From: Dipteris shenzhenensis
Taxonomy: Eukaryota
Reading direction: 5' to 3' (one strand)
Assembly: GCA_047967505.1 (NCBI GenBank)
Contig: CM106538.1
Length of the DNA: 64,000 nucleotides
This document shows, piece by piece, positions 24,641 to 38,331 of this stretch. A program made the position numbers and the translations under genes. How positions within the stretch are numbered: the first letter of the stretch is position 1; each line of letters begins with the position of its first letter. Below the pieces are notes generated by a model. It was not told the DNA's origin. It worked only from the letters and a program-made list of their open reading frames with translations, and did not search any database.

Positions 24641-26189
24641 CCAAACCCTCAGAAATGGTTCAAAATCATGCACCCTTAAAGATTGCAATAGGGAAAGTCA
24701 TCAGCAGCTGCAATGCCTAAAATTCAATCTTCTTTGATCCTTTCTCAAAGAATCTCGACCAATAGCTCCTTCTAAGCTCCAAACAAACTCTGCAGCATTC
24801 ATGGTTCACTCAAAACATTGATTACCTTGTCTTCCAGAATGAAATTATTTCAAATCATGGGAGAATCTCAGATGAGAGAGGAAATGGCGAGATTTGAAGG
24901 AGAAGCACCCAAAATAAAGAAAGGAGAAGGTAGGTTGAATCTCATTCAAAAATCTTGAAAGTTTTGAAATAATGAGGGTGAAATGGGAGGGAAATGCAAG
25001 TAGAGAAGACAAGTGATGAGATTTTGGCATGAGAGTCCATCCCATGAGAGGGAGAATAGAGAAAGAAACTTCCCGCATAAGAGCCAGCAAGAAATTTGAA
25101 AAAAGAGCTAGGACAAAGAAAAATTCAAAATGTTGCTCAGAATTAAGGGGGAAGGAAGAGGAATGAGAGAGAATGAAAGGAGTGTGGTAGTTGGATGGGA
25201 GGATTTGGTTTCAGGTCAAATGGTACCAGTTTGGTTGAGAAACTAGATTTTTCAGTTTTATTATAGTTAAAAAACATGATGAGAGAGTTGAGATAGCAAG
25301 TGGGTGCTCCACATCATTGTTTGGACCATTGAATAAAGAAATAGAGAAGTCACACCACTTCAAATATTATATTTCCCTCCACCAACCAATATTCTATTGG
25401 GTTTTATTCACATTATTCTTCGATGTCACCAGCCCAAGGGCTCCCTTATAGGGCCCTTTTTGAGTCCAATTGTTTTGTAATGTTTCACTAATATCAACTT
25501 ATCATGGATTGCTAAGAATAAAAGACACCGAGAGGAGTGGTAGAGGCAAGGACCAAGACTGATAGAAGATGAGAAAGATGAGTTTGTTGCCCACGAGAAG
25601 CAACTCAAGAAGAAAGAGCAGTGACAAGATAACACATTGCAGAGAAGAGCTACAAAAGTACTCTTCAATAAGAGAAGAGCTTGCACATCTATTTGAAGGG
25701 ATGTCTTATAGAGTCGCTCATTCTAGGCAATATTCAACAAACCAAGCTAAAAGTATTAGAGGAAGAGATTAGGAATAGACAAGAAGCATTGAAAGAAATA
25801 ATGTTTGATTCTTTGTGCGTCTTTATGTACTATAATTAGATTGATGAACATGAAAAAAACAATGCAGAGGATGGTGTAACCCACAAGATAGAGATGGCAA
25901 ACGTGATGGTAGGATTGTAGCTTATGTCTACTAGTGAAAGGTATTTTTTGACACCATATGGCTGTGAGATTTACTTGTACTTGGATCCCTCAATTATATC
26001 ATAAACTACTTTCACAAATTTAATGAACTCTGTTTTTAATGTACTCTAGTTTTAATAACATGTCACGTTCGCTTTCTTAATTCAAATTTTCTTTAGCTTA
26101 CTTTTTACTTCAATATTTTGTTTGAAGAACAACTTTTTTTTTCATTTTTATCAAAAAATACCTCAAAAAATGAATTTGGACAGTGGACT

Positions 26190-26940
26190 AGTCCAAATGA
26201 ATTTGGATAGTGCACCAGTCCAAAATTAATGAAAGAGGTGTTCTTTGATCAATATCATGGTCGTGACATTTAAGGGAGATTCCACAAGTGGCCATTCCAA
26301 GACACGTGAATACATTGTTGAACAATTGGAGGTAGTAATTTTGGATATTGGGCAGCATAATGTTGTTCAAATAATCACCGCGACAATGCGAAGAACTGTA
26401 GGAAATCTAGAAGAATTATGAATAAAAAATATCCAACCATTTGGGGCATCGCCGTGCTCTTTCCATTGCCTTGACCTTGTGCTTGAGGATTGGTATAAAT
26501 CAATGGTCATCCCATGGTTCAAAGCCTCTATAGATGGAGGAAGACTAGTGTTGTACTTCCTTAACCACGAGAAGGTTGGGCATATTTAGAAACCACCAAA
26601 TTGCTAAACATCCATTGGAGTTTTTGAAACCTAGCAAAACATGTTTTGGAATAAACTATATAATGTTGGACCGTTTGCTCAAGCTACAATGAGTTGTAAT
26701 GGAGACATTATTTAGTGTGGAAGCTAGTGAGTGGATAGCTGATTCAACTTCACAAAATGCCTGTGCCAAATTCATGGAGATGAAGCAAATTAGTCACAAT
26801 GTAGCAATTTGTCCATTGAACGAAATTGGAGTAGTTACAAGTTTGTACATTCCACCACAAGAAATCGCTTGAAGACAAAAAGAGTAGAGAAATTCTAGTG
26901 TATGCTTATGCAAATGGTAGAATTTTGGATGATGTTAAGG
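26190..26940 (+). mobile_element. hAT transposase remnant (DUF659 region plus dimerization domain)
   Basis: LINIMVV, IGQHNVVQIIT-DNAKNC...YPTIW-SPCSFHCLDLVLED, and RNWSSYKFVHSTTRNRL...RVEK; frameshifted. Confidence 0.8.
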
Positions 26941-27215
26941 GAGAGAGTAATGATGAACTCTTATTTTATTGATTTTGGACTCATATGTCTACATTTTGAC
27001 TAATCCTAAAAATCCTTCCCAAATGAAAAGTTTACTTTATGAAAACATCATTCGAGAATTAAACGTTTACTTTCTGGCACTCTCATTTCCACATAATAAA
27101 TTTCACAATATTTCTCTGTAATCATTAGGGGAGAAATGGGGTCTCAAAAGGGCCTTCAATTAGTGTTTCCTAATTTCAAGGATATTAGGAAGGGATTTGA
27201 GGTGTACCAATGACA

Positions 27216-30200
27216 TGTTGAGATATCAAGCTCTACCCCCGATATATCTCCTGGATGACTATCATTTATGTCACCGCCTATGTTAGTTGTACTCGTGGTG
27301 TAGTTAGACTACCACGTATGTTTTTGGTTTGGGTTCACATATGAACCACGTATTCTAGGTTTTGACATATAGGGTATTTCCCTCTTCTATTGTATTGTTG
27401 TTGTGTGCAAAAGTGAAGAAAGGCTTCACCCTCCAACCTTGTGTCCTCTCTCTTTTGTGTGTTGTGAAGAAAGCTGAACTTGAGTCTCCTATCTCTCTCC
27501 CTCTTTCTTTACATGGTATCAGAGCCTTGTTCGTGGTAAGGAGCTCAAGAAAGCTAGCCAAGTTTGTGGTGTCCTGGTAAGAGGATCAGTGTAGCTTTCC
27601 TATTTCGAGTTTGGGAGCAAATCTCTACAGGTAGCACAGCCAGAAGTGCAGGAGTGCACTGCTTCAGATTGAGAGGCCCTTCGCGGTGCGGCGAGAGCGC
27701 AGTATATGCTGCGGGATAGGGCGAAGCCCTTGGTGACTTTATTTTTTTGGTTTGAGGCCGTTTCGGGGCCCGTTTTGAAGGCGGAAGTTCTTCGCAGGCA
27801 CTCAGAAAAAGGCCCTGTTTTTGCTGTGCGACCACCGCGCGGCTAGTCGGTGGAAAGGTGCCACAGAAATTGCATCATATGCCTATGTGCAGAGATATTG
27901 GGAGTTGCAGATTCATGCCTGTTGCCTCTTGATGCAAAATCATCACGAGGAAGTGACTGTGTGGTGAAATACCACTTTCGTCAGTGTTGCAGATCTGCCC
28001 CTGTGAGGCTTTTCACAGAAGTTTTGCTATTTGCCCTTGTGAGGCATTTGCTGTGTTTACAGGTTGCTGTTGCAATTCGTGATTTGTAAAATGTCTGAGA
28101 ATCTGTCTACCATTGTCAGTGAGAAGCTTGACAAGAACAACTTCCAAACCTTGAATGGTCTTGGGAAAGATTATGCACAGTTTCAGACATCCATTGGAGT
28201 CCGTGAAACATTTCCTGATTTTCAGGAACTTATTGCTCTCTTGCTGAGTGAAGAGCAAAGGAATGGTGGTTCAGCCACCTCAACTTCTCAAGAGACTGCT
28301 TTCTACTCGAATACAGGTAGAGGCAGAGGTAGAGGAAGAGGCCGTTTTGGTGGCCGTGCAGGAAATCAGAACCACAAGCAACAACAGGAAAACCAGTCCT
28401 ATGGAGGAGGACGTGGTAGTTCTAGAGGCAGGGGGAGCCAAAGAGGCCGTGGTTCATGGCAAAGGAACCAGCAAGTAAATAGCAGCACAGAATGCTATTA
28501 TTGTGGAAAGCCTGGACACAAGGAGAATACATGCTATAAAAAGCAGAATGACATCAAAAGTGGGAAGTTGCAGCAAAGCAACTATGCATCATCAAGTGGG
28601 CATGGTGACGACAGAAATGAGCACCTTTTTGTGATGCAGCATATGGTTAACTCCATGTCAGGAGATGCTGCAGCTTGCAATGATGTTTGGTATGTTGATT
28701 CAGGTGCCTCTAACCACATGACCAGTCATGGTGAGTGGTTTCATGATGTTAGAAATTTGGATAAGCTAGGTTATGTTGAAACAGGTGATGATACTGCGCA
28801 CCCAATTACGCAGGTTGGTAAAGTGCCATTGGCTATGCAGGATGGCAAAACGAAGTACTTGGCAGATGTACTTCATGTTCCAAAAATCACTAAGAACCTG
28901 GTTTCAGTTGGCCAGATGGTTGAGCAAGGTCTGCAGGTTAGATTTAATCCTGATGGATGCTTTGTTGAGGACCTGAAAAATAAGTGCCGCTTGGTTGCAA
29001 AAGGCAACAAAAATGGTAGAATGTTCACCTTGGATGTTGATATGCCTGAGGTGAAAGCTGCTATGTTTGCGCATGGGAGAGGCGTCATTGCAGATATTGA
29101 GATATGGCACAAGCGCATTGGGCACGTGAATATACAAAGGCTGAAATCTATGCAAACGAAAAACATTGTTGCAGGTTTGCCTAAATTCAGAGTTGAGGGA
29201 ATGCAAAAGGTATGTGAAGCATGCCAAATGGGTAAGCAGGCCAGACATGCATTTCCTAAAAATGCTAAGGTGAGCAGAAGACCTTTGGAAGTGATCCATT
29301 CAGATGTTTGGACAACCAAAGCTGCTTCTATTGGTGGATGCCATTATTATGTGACGTTTATTGATGACTACACAAGGAAGGTGTGGATTTATTTTATGAA
29401 GCACAAAAGTGAAGTGTTCAGCCATTTCAAGGCTTTTAAGGCCATGGTTGAAAAAGAGAAAGGTGTGCATATTAAAGTGCTAAGATCTGATGGAGGGGGA
29501 GAGTACTTTTCAGAAGAATTTTGTGAATATCTGAAAGAACAGGGAATTCAAAGGAAGTACTCATGCAGGTCTACCCCTCAGCAGAATGGGGTTGCAGAAA
29601 GGAAGGACAGGCATATTGCAGAAGTAGGACGGGCGATCCTAAATGAGAAAAACATGCCTGATTATTTTTGGGCTGAAGCAGTAGCAACTGCTGTTTATAT
29701 TATGAACAGAACCCCCACTGCAGCTGTCCATGGCATGACGCCTGAAGAAATGTATGCAGGCCAAAAACCAGATATTTCTCACTTGAAGGTATTTGGTTGC
29801 ATAGCTTATGTTCATGTTCCTGATGAGAAGAGAACAAAGCTGGATCCAAAGGCAGAAAAATGCATCTTTATTGGATATGCTCAGCACCAGAAAGGGTATC
29901 GCTGTTATAACCCTTCCACCCACAAAATGCAAGTGAGCAGAGATGTTGTTTTTGATGAAATGAGCAGCTGGTATGCACCAACTGTTATGGTAGGAGATGC
30001 AGATGCAGGAAATGGGAATGCTGCAATAAATGCAGAGCAGCAATCTCAAGCCTTGAGTGGACCCAGAGAGTCCTCTACTAGTGGATCTAATGCATGGACA
30101 GGGAGATTGAGATCTAGTGAATCGTCACATGGCAGTCTTGATAGTGTTGTGCAGGTATCACATAAGGGAAAAGAAAAAGTGGACCATGCTCCAGTATTTG

Positions 30201-32270
30201 ATGTGTCTGCTGGTAGCTCTCATGTTGATGGAGAGTCAAGCGGCTCTGAAATGAGCCTTGATGAGGAACTTGGGATTCCTTCTGTTGTTACACCTGGTGC
30301 AAGGAAAAGCAGGCATGATTTAAAGACGCCTGCAACTGATCCAGTTGTACGGAGGTCCACTCGTATTAAGTATCCAGTTGACAGGCTGAGATATGATGGG
30401 TATACAGCACATCACTATGCTTATATGGTCAAGGTTCTAGAGGAGCCAGAGCCCACATGTTTTGAGGATGCAGCAGGGCATAAAAATTGGGAAGCAGCTA
30501 TGGATGAAGAGATGGCTGCCTTGGATTGATGCCTTTGCCTCATGATAAGAAGGCTATTGGCTGCAAGTGGGTTTACAAAGTAAAGCACAATGCTGATGGG
30601 TCTGTTAGCAGGTACAAGGCAAGATTGGTTGCCAAAGGTTTTGCACAGACATATGGAATTGACTATGAGGAAACTTTCAGCCCAGTTGCAAGGATGGCAA
30701 CCGTGAGAGCAGTAATTGCTATGGCTGCTGCAAAGGGATGGTCTTTGCATCAGATGGATGTGAAAAATGCCTTCTTGCATGGTGATTTGCAGGAAGAGGT
30801 TTATATGATGCAGCCAGAAGGTTATGAGGATAACTCACACCCGATTTTGTATGCAGGTTGCACAAAGCCTTGTATGGCTTAAAACAGGCGCCGAGGGCAT
30901 GGTCAGACAAGATAGGGCAATATCTTGTCACTATTGGATTTCAGATTTCCAATTCAGATTTTTCACTTTATGTGAAAAGGACAAACAGAGGGATTGTGCT
31001 TATAGTCATCTATGTTGATGACTTGATTATTACAGGTGATAGTGATGCAGACATTAATGAAGTGAAGCTGCTGTTGAAGCAGAAATTTGAGATGAAGGAT
31101 TTGGGAGAGCTGCGTTACTTCTTGGGCATTGAGGTTATTAGATCCCCGAGTGGGATATGGCTATTGCAAAGGCAATACGGTTTGGACATGCTGTCCAAAT
31201 ATGGGATGACAGGCTGTAAGCCTATCTCTGTTCCATTGGAGCAGAATGTGAAGCTCAATGCAGAGTCAGGTGAGCTTCTTGAAGATATTACTATGTACAG
31301 GCGCATAGTAGGTAGCTTGATTTACATGACTATAACCAGACCAGATTTGAGCTATGCTGTGGGGCTGGTGAGTCAGTTTATGCAGGCACCGAGGAAGCCA
31401 CATTTGGATGCAGCTAGGCACATACTGCGGTATGTGAAGTCCACATTGCATTATGGACTGTTTTATGAAGCTGGGTGTGCATTACAGGTACATGGATACA
31501 CAGATGCTGACTGGGCTGGTAGTGTCTCAGACAGGAGATCTACTAGTGGTTTTATGTTTTCCCTTGGGAGTGGTGCCATCAGTTGGAGCAGCAAGAAGCA
31601 GCCAACAGTTGCCTTGTCGAGCACAGAGGCAGAGTACAGGGGTGCAGCAATGGCTGCATGTGAGGTAGCTTGGTTACGGAAGCTACTTGGAGATATGGGA
31701 CAGTCAGTTCATGCAGCAGTTGTCATTCATTGTGACAACATTAGCAGCATCATGCTTGCTAATAACCCAGTTTATCATGCTAGAACGAAGCACATTGAGG
31801 TGCATTATCACTTTGTGAGAGAGAAGGTTCTAGCTGGTGAGATTGATCTTGTCTATGTCAGCACTGAGGAGCAGGTGGCTGATATTTTTACGAAGGCATT
31901 GGGTACCGAGAAGCTTCGCAGACTTAGGAGCTTGCTTGGTGTACGTGAGATGGATTTGAGCTTGAGGGGGAGTGTTGAGATATCAAGCTCTACCCCCGAT
32001 ATATCTCCTGGATGACTATCATTTATGTCACCGCCTATGTTAGTTGTACTCGTGGTGTAGTTAGACTACCACGTATGTTTTTGGTTTGGGTTCACATATG
32101 AACCACGTATTCTAGGTTTTGACATATAGGGTATTTCCCTCTTCTATTGTATTGATGTTGCGTGCAAAAGTGAAGAAAGGCTTCACCCTCCAACCTTGTG
32201 TCCTCTCTCTTTTGTGTGTTGTGAAGAAAGCTGAACTTGAGTCTCCTATCTCTCTCCCTCTTTCTTTACA
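27216..32270 (+). mobile_element. Young Ty1/copia LTR retrotransposon with intact termini but internal deletions
   Basis: 298-bp LTRs at 27216-27513 and 31973-32270 (TG...CA, 2 differences seen), PBS TGGTATCAGAGC at 27514, PPT TTGAGGGGGAG just before 31973, TSD TGACA on both sides. Confidence 0.97.
28091..32015 (+). pseudogene. Copia gag-pol (CCHC knuckle, PR, INT, RT, RNase H), broken into three ORFs
   Basis: [84 protein letters not shown]. Breaks at ~30527 and ~30840, and most of the gag capsid is missing after DKNNFQT. Confidence 0.93.
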
Positions 32271-32431
32271 TGACAGTCCTCCAAGGTGTGGGAAGATGGT
32301 ATGTTGAGGTGAAGGGTGGGAAGGCCTAGAAAGTGCCCTTTTTGGTTGTTCCCCTTATTTTAGGGACCACCCAAACCATCCACCCACCCCCCCTTAACCC
32401 ATGCTAACCCTCCACCCATGTGCACCCCACC

Positions 32432-32432
<1 letters not shown>

Positions 32433-32519
<87 letters not shown>

Positions 32520-32990
32520 CCCCCCCCCCTCCTTTTTCCCTCCCCCCCCCCCCTTCCCCCCTCCCCCCCTCCTCTCCCCCCTTTTCCCCCTTTCCCCCCT
32601 TCCCCCCCCCTCTCCCCCCCTTCCCCCCCTTTCCCCCCTTCCCCCATCCTCTCCCCCCCTTCCCACCCTTTCCCCCTTCCCCCCTCCCCCCTTTTCCCCC
32701 CTTCCCCCTTCTCCCCCCCCTGCCCGCCCCCCCCCTCCTCTCTCTCTCCCCTCTCCCCCCCCCCCCACTATCCCCCTACTCTCCCCCCTTCCCCCCCCCC
32801 TCCCCCCCCCCTCCCCCCTTCCCACCCCCCCCTCTCTCCCCTCCCCCCCTTTGCCCCCCCCGCTTTTCCCCCCTTCCCCCCCTCTCTGCCCTCCCCCCAG
32901 CCCCCGCCCTCCCCCTTTCCTCCTCCCCCCTTTCCCTGCCCCCCCCTCCCGTCCCCTCCCTTTCCTTTTCCTCTCCTCCATTCCATTAAT
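32433..32990. repeat. (CT)n microsatellite plus ~470-bp C-rich polypyrimidine tract
   Basis: Nearly all C/T with many C4-C10 runs. Confidence 0.9.
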
Positions 32991-33322
32991 TCCCTTTTTT
33001 CCCTACCCTCCCCATGATAAATTTTTAAGGGCGAATATTTTCCAAAAGACAAATTTAGAAGCTTCTCCAAACTAGTGTGGCTAATATTTCAATCTTGAAA
33101 TTTGATAAATTTGCCCAAAAATTAACATACCTTTCTCGTATGAGGTCCAAATTTAGCCCTCCAACTACTCAAATCAATTGGCATAAGCCATCTAAAGTCA
33201 TCTATATGATTAGAAATTTCAAATTCTAGCTTATTAAAAACCTGTAAATGAAGTATAATTATACTTAAATCCATTGAAGCCTTCAAAATGTTAGCATGGC
33301 TAATATTTATAACTCTACCCCA

Positions 33323-33425
33323 TGCCCTAAATCCTAAACCCTGATCCCTAGAGCCTAAACCCAAATTTTTATACTATAAACCCTATTTCATATAACTTAA
33401 ACCCTGAATCCTTAACCTTAAGCCA
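33323..33425 (+). repeat. Degenerate interstitial telomere-like (CCCTAAA/TAAACCC) motifs
   Basis: ccctaaatcctaaaccctgatccctagagcctaaaccc...taaaccct...taaaccctgaatcctta. Confidence 0.5.
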
Positions 33426-33439
33426 AACAATACTATTTG

Positions 33440-34440
33440 AGGTGTTAACCGATGGGCACGATACTTTGCACATATGTCAATCAATTCTATGTTAAATCAT
33501 GTGCAAAATATCATGTCCATTGGATATGCTTTTGATGGTCAAAGTCCCCACAAATCGAGTTTTCACCAAGTTTTATGCACAACCATCAAAAAATAGTATT
33601 TGAGGTGTGTCATTCAAACGTGCACATAACCGATGGGCATGGTACTCTCTACACACATGAATCCAACCTATGTTAATGCACGTACAAATTATTGTACCAT
33701 CTTATATGCTTTGGATGGTCAAAGTCACCACAAACCCCATTTTGCATTAAGTGTCATGCACAACCGTCAAAAAATAGTATTTGAGGTGTCTTATTCATAC
33801 ATGCACATACTTAATGGGAATGATAATATCCACTTATGTCAATATAACCTATGTTGAGTCCTGTACAAAGTATCTTTCCCATTGAATATGTTTTGGATGG
33901 CTAAACTTGCCACAAACCCCAATTTTCACCAAGTGTTATGCACAACTACCAAAAAACATGCTCTGAGGTATGTTATTGAAATGCGCATGTACTCGATGGG
34001 CACGATACTTTTCACATGTATAAATCTAACCTATTTTGAGCTATATGCAAAGTATTATGCCCTTCAAATATTATCTAGATGGTCAAAGTCACCACAAACC
34101 CCATTTTTCACCAAGTGTTATGCACAGCCACAAAAGAAAAAGTATCTAAGGTGTGTCATTCAAAGGCTCTCATACCCAGTGGTCACAATACTTTGCACAC
34201 ATGTGAATACAACTTATGTTTATGTTTGTGCAAAATATCATGCCCATCCGGATATGCTTTGGATGGTCAAACGCACCACAAACACCGTTTTTCACCAAGT
34301 GTTATGCACAACCGCCAAGAAATAGTACCTGAGGTGTATTATTTTAATGCGCTCATACCCAAAGGGCACAATGCTTTGCAAAAGTGTGAATCAAATTTAT
34401 TTTTAGGTGCGTGCAAAATATCTTGCCCATTGGATATGCA
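33440..34440. repeat. ~182-bp tandem repeat (~5.5 copies), with an inverted partial copy at 34862-34961
   Basis: gatgggca.gatactt...ggatatgctttggatggtcaaagt...ttttcaccaagtgttatgcacaac at ~33451, 33632, 33813 and 33996; unrelated in sequence to the 9.5-16-kb satellite. Confidence 0.85.
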
Positions 34441-35889
34441 TGACTTCCAAGTGACGTCGATCAACAAAATTTAAGTGACACAATTTATAATCAGTCACAA
34501 TACAACCACAGTCAATAGTGTCAATACTATATCAAGCTTGTGCAACTCTATACATCACAAAATTTCTTCATTCTCATCACCACTAGAGCTTGCATCGGCT
34601 TCAACATGCACTTATCCAACTATGGGAGGATCATGCAATGGGTCTGGGAGATCACAATTTACCCACTTGGCTAGATCTCCATCAACACTTATTTCATTAA
34701 TTTTGGACTTGTCAATGCACAAATTCATTTTTATAGATACTTTTGGACTAGTTTTTGGATTAAATTTAAGGAAAAACTCACTCTTTAAAACACAAATAAA
34801 AACATAAAAGCAAGCAATTTTTTAGAGTGTTTTGAAGGAAATGAAATGAAAGTTATAAGAACTTGCAAAGTATCAAGCCCATCAGGTATGTGCGCATTCG
34901 AATAACACACCTCAAAGCATGTTTTTTGGTAGTTGTGCATGACACTTAGTGAAAAATGGGATAATAGCATTGCATTGTTTACAATTCCACTTCATAGTAT
35001 GACAATCGTGCAACTATTATTTCAACACATCCACATTAATTACTTCAAGAATTGAACAATAATAATTTGACATAATGCGCAAGACATCTATCACATGATA
35101 ATAGCATTGCATTATTTACAATTCCATGTCAATTACTTCAACCTCTGCATAATAATAATTTGACAAAATGTGTTGTTATGAGCATCAATACTTGTTATAC
35201 ATTTTAAGTTACGAGATTCATATTTGCATCATGGATTTTGCATCTCTGAAAACATTACTATTACAAAAAAAAGAGATGGGCAATAAATGAAGCCTGTAGA
35301 TGGCAATATCCAAATAAAATGGATTACAATTGTTGATAGGAAAAAATTGAAGCCAATGGGTTCAGTGTGCCAAAAGGATTCTATAGAAGCTTATCACATA
35401 ACGACTGTGCAGCAGTGGGAGGAAGCTAGTGGTGCCTTGAGCCCCCAGCAAGATATGTAGACCGTGTCGATACAGCACGACAAAGCATCCACAGCAGACG
35501 ATGGTCACTCCCAGTAGCATGTTGGCAATGATCAATAGGATGACGAGGATGATCGACATTGTGTGTAAGCTACTAAAACAAAGTGTTATGCTTTATGAGA
35601 AATTTTCAATATTCCATTGAATATAAATTGAATAAAAAATGTTTCAATATACCATTGTAAACAAAATTAATGAGAATTGAAAATGAAATGAATATTGATT
35701 GAATACACCATTGAAGTTTCAGACCTTTAATACAATTCTTGCAATTTGATTACCCATGCAATAAAAAAGGTCCAATATTATATGCCAAGTTGTATACAAT
35801 ATTTTACTCTCCTACTCATTTAAATTCTACGTAGCTTCAGATCAGAAGAGTGCATTGCTCCGATGTCAAGCATGTCAAACAACTCATGT

Positions 35890-36045
35890 GCCATAGGAGT
35901 GTTGCATGCTGCACCTGCACTTCTCACCTTTGGAGTATTTAGAAGAGGCAAGCAAGGTGAAAGAGATGATCACAAGGGGGAGCATAATATCCTTTGGCCC
36001 TATGAAAGAGATCTTTGGCAGATTGGACAACATGGCCCCATCCAT
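35890..36045 (-). pseudogene. Decayed RING-H2 finger
   Basis: With two frameshifts: CPICQR...GYYAPPCDHLFHLACLF*ILQR...(C)AACNTP, giving C-x2-C...C-x-H-x2-H-x2-C...C-x2-C spacing. Confidence 0.55.
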
Positions 36046-37440
36046 GATGAACTATAATTGTGCAGATATTATGGATAGTTTGCACACGGCGAGGCCAAAA
36101 AATTTGCGGTTGACTGTTGAGACTATGCCTCCTTATTCGATATGTTGCAAGGTAGATTTTGCATCATGCGCTTGTTGGGAATAATTAGTAGCTATGAGGC
36201 ACATATTTGCATATGCATTCTTAATATCATGGTTTGAGATAATAGTGCTAGCAACCATTGATTGTCACTCATCCACTCATTCTCTTACAGCAGCCATGGA
36301 TGCTCCATAACTGTATCTCACAGAGTCTTGGGAGGAAATGTGGCATCTCTATCAGCCCATGCTCCTTGTTGTCCCTCTCCAACATCCTCACTGATGGTCA
36401 TGAAGAGCACGTCAATTGTCACTGATGCTACACATCTAATAAGGTCACATAAAAACTTAGCAGTTGAAGTTGGGCTCAAATTGTTTCAAAAAAGAAGAAG
36501 CAAATATTCAAAAAGATATTTAACCATTATAGTCACTAGACATTGGAATGTCGACGTGTGCAGGAGGTTTTGCTACCATAGGTTTGGCTCTTGTCACTCG
36601 TGGTTGCTCATGTACTCAAGCACCTTAGGCAAAGTCCACCTCACGGCCAAGAACAAACTTTTCGTATAGCATCTTTGCAAAGTATAGGGGAATATCTCCA
36701 CAAGATTTCTTTGTGAATATCATCTCCTAGATGATGGATGCATTCTCTTTAATGGCTTGATGATAGCACATAATGGGCCATTGTCCATGGTCAATGGAGG
36801 CTGAGCTCATATCCCATATAGCTATAACATTCTCATTTGAGATGAGGGTCTTTACTTGTGCATACTTCCAACCTTCGGGGTTATGGAAAGGACTGAACAT
36901 AGCAATTGCCTTTGTCTGGTCTCTCCTCATAAGTTGCGTGGTGTTGTCAGCCACATCCATCATGAACTTCATCACAAGCATGTGCATGCATCTTGTATAT
37001 TCAACCTATGTAGATGGTCGAGAGCGTGTTCTTGATGATAATGACATTGGTATTATTCATGACCTATGATCATAGAAATGCTACGCCTAATAGCAAAGAT
37101 ACGAGTTCATAATATGAGCCATACATACATTCCAACAGTTTGTTCTCATACAATTGTAAAATATTGTCTCGTGAGATTGTAGTCATACAACCAATGGTTG
37201 ACATATCAAACCATACACCCTAAATAGCCAATCATGTTATCCAACATCCATTTGAAAACATTGCAGAATATGATTTAGGACTCGCCTTATAAACCAACAA
37301 TGTTTGCAAGCCAACTAGCAACACCATTCTGAAAAGACAAAACTATTCACCTTGTAAAATAAGATATGATGAGATGTCAAAATTGCACATCTTATATATG
37401 AGTTTTCATATCATCGATTGGTTGCATTGCGACATTTTCA

Positions 37441-38331
37441 TCAACATTGTGTGAGTGTAGTTTGGTTAGCAACAACTCCCCTTTCCTGGGGCTCAGTCTG
37501 GAACAAGTGGGTTTTACAATCCCACAATAGCTTGATTACATGCCTTGGGTATAATTGATTAGTTGGTAGTGCAGACCTGCAGCCGATAAGAAAGTTGGCT
37601 ACTTTGCCAAGTAACCAACCGACAACATACCAATCTAACATGACTGACCATGTGCTATTTGGTAGAGGGTATGCATCATTTCTTGCGTACAGCTCTAGTG
37701 CAAACCAAGGAAATCATGAATTTTGAGCAAGCACCTGAATCTGCTTGGGCTTACTCATAGTCCTATGGAGACACCTTCCCAAGTAAAAAATGCTCATATG
37801 CACAAATTTTCCATCTGGTGTGAAATCCAGCATGTAGTTGCCAGCATTCAAGTTAGTGTGTCTAAACCCTCGCTTGTGCAGTGCCCTCATTGCATTGGCA
37901 ATAGCTATGCAAATTGCAAGAGCATTCTCATAGAATAGTCATGCTTGCCTCTGACTCCCCGTATCATGACACCCATTCTGAGGTTGCTCGCTAGGGTTGC
38001 CTCACCTTTCCCAGTTTGGATTATCATGATACATGGAAGCAGGTAGACTCATGAGCATGTCATGAATACTACCTCCATTGAAGTATGGAATAATTAACTA
38101 GAGGTTGCTAATGTGTGTGTAACCAATGGCTCAACACACGGCCCTATGCATTTCGGTCATTGATGCCTGTGCAGTATCGTACCTCAACTTCTTGCCAGCA
38201 TAAGATAGGATTGTCTTGAAACTTGGTAGACCCTCTATCTTAACCCAATACACTCTTCCTTCCACCCCCCCATCCAATTCTTCTAGAATTCTCAATGCAA
38301 CAAGTGGGATGTGGACCGTTGTAGAACACAT
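37441..38331 (-). pseudogene. Decayed intronless protein kinase domain
   Basis: One continuous frame with stops: ELDGGVEGRVY (Gly loop), YAGK, PYFNGGSIHDML (hinge), AIANAMRALHKRGFRHTNLNAGNYML (catalytic loop), IFYLG (DFG position), PWFALEL (APE position), DWYVVGWLL (subdomain IX). Confidence 0.8.

Noticed and set aside
32360-33075. Pro-rich and Gly-rich ORFs up to 224 aa (extensin-like)
   Set aside because: Open in all frames because the C/T tract has no stop codons.
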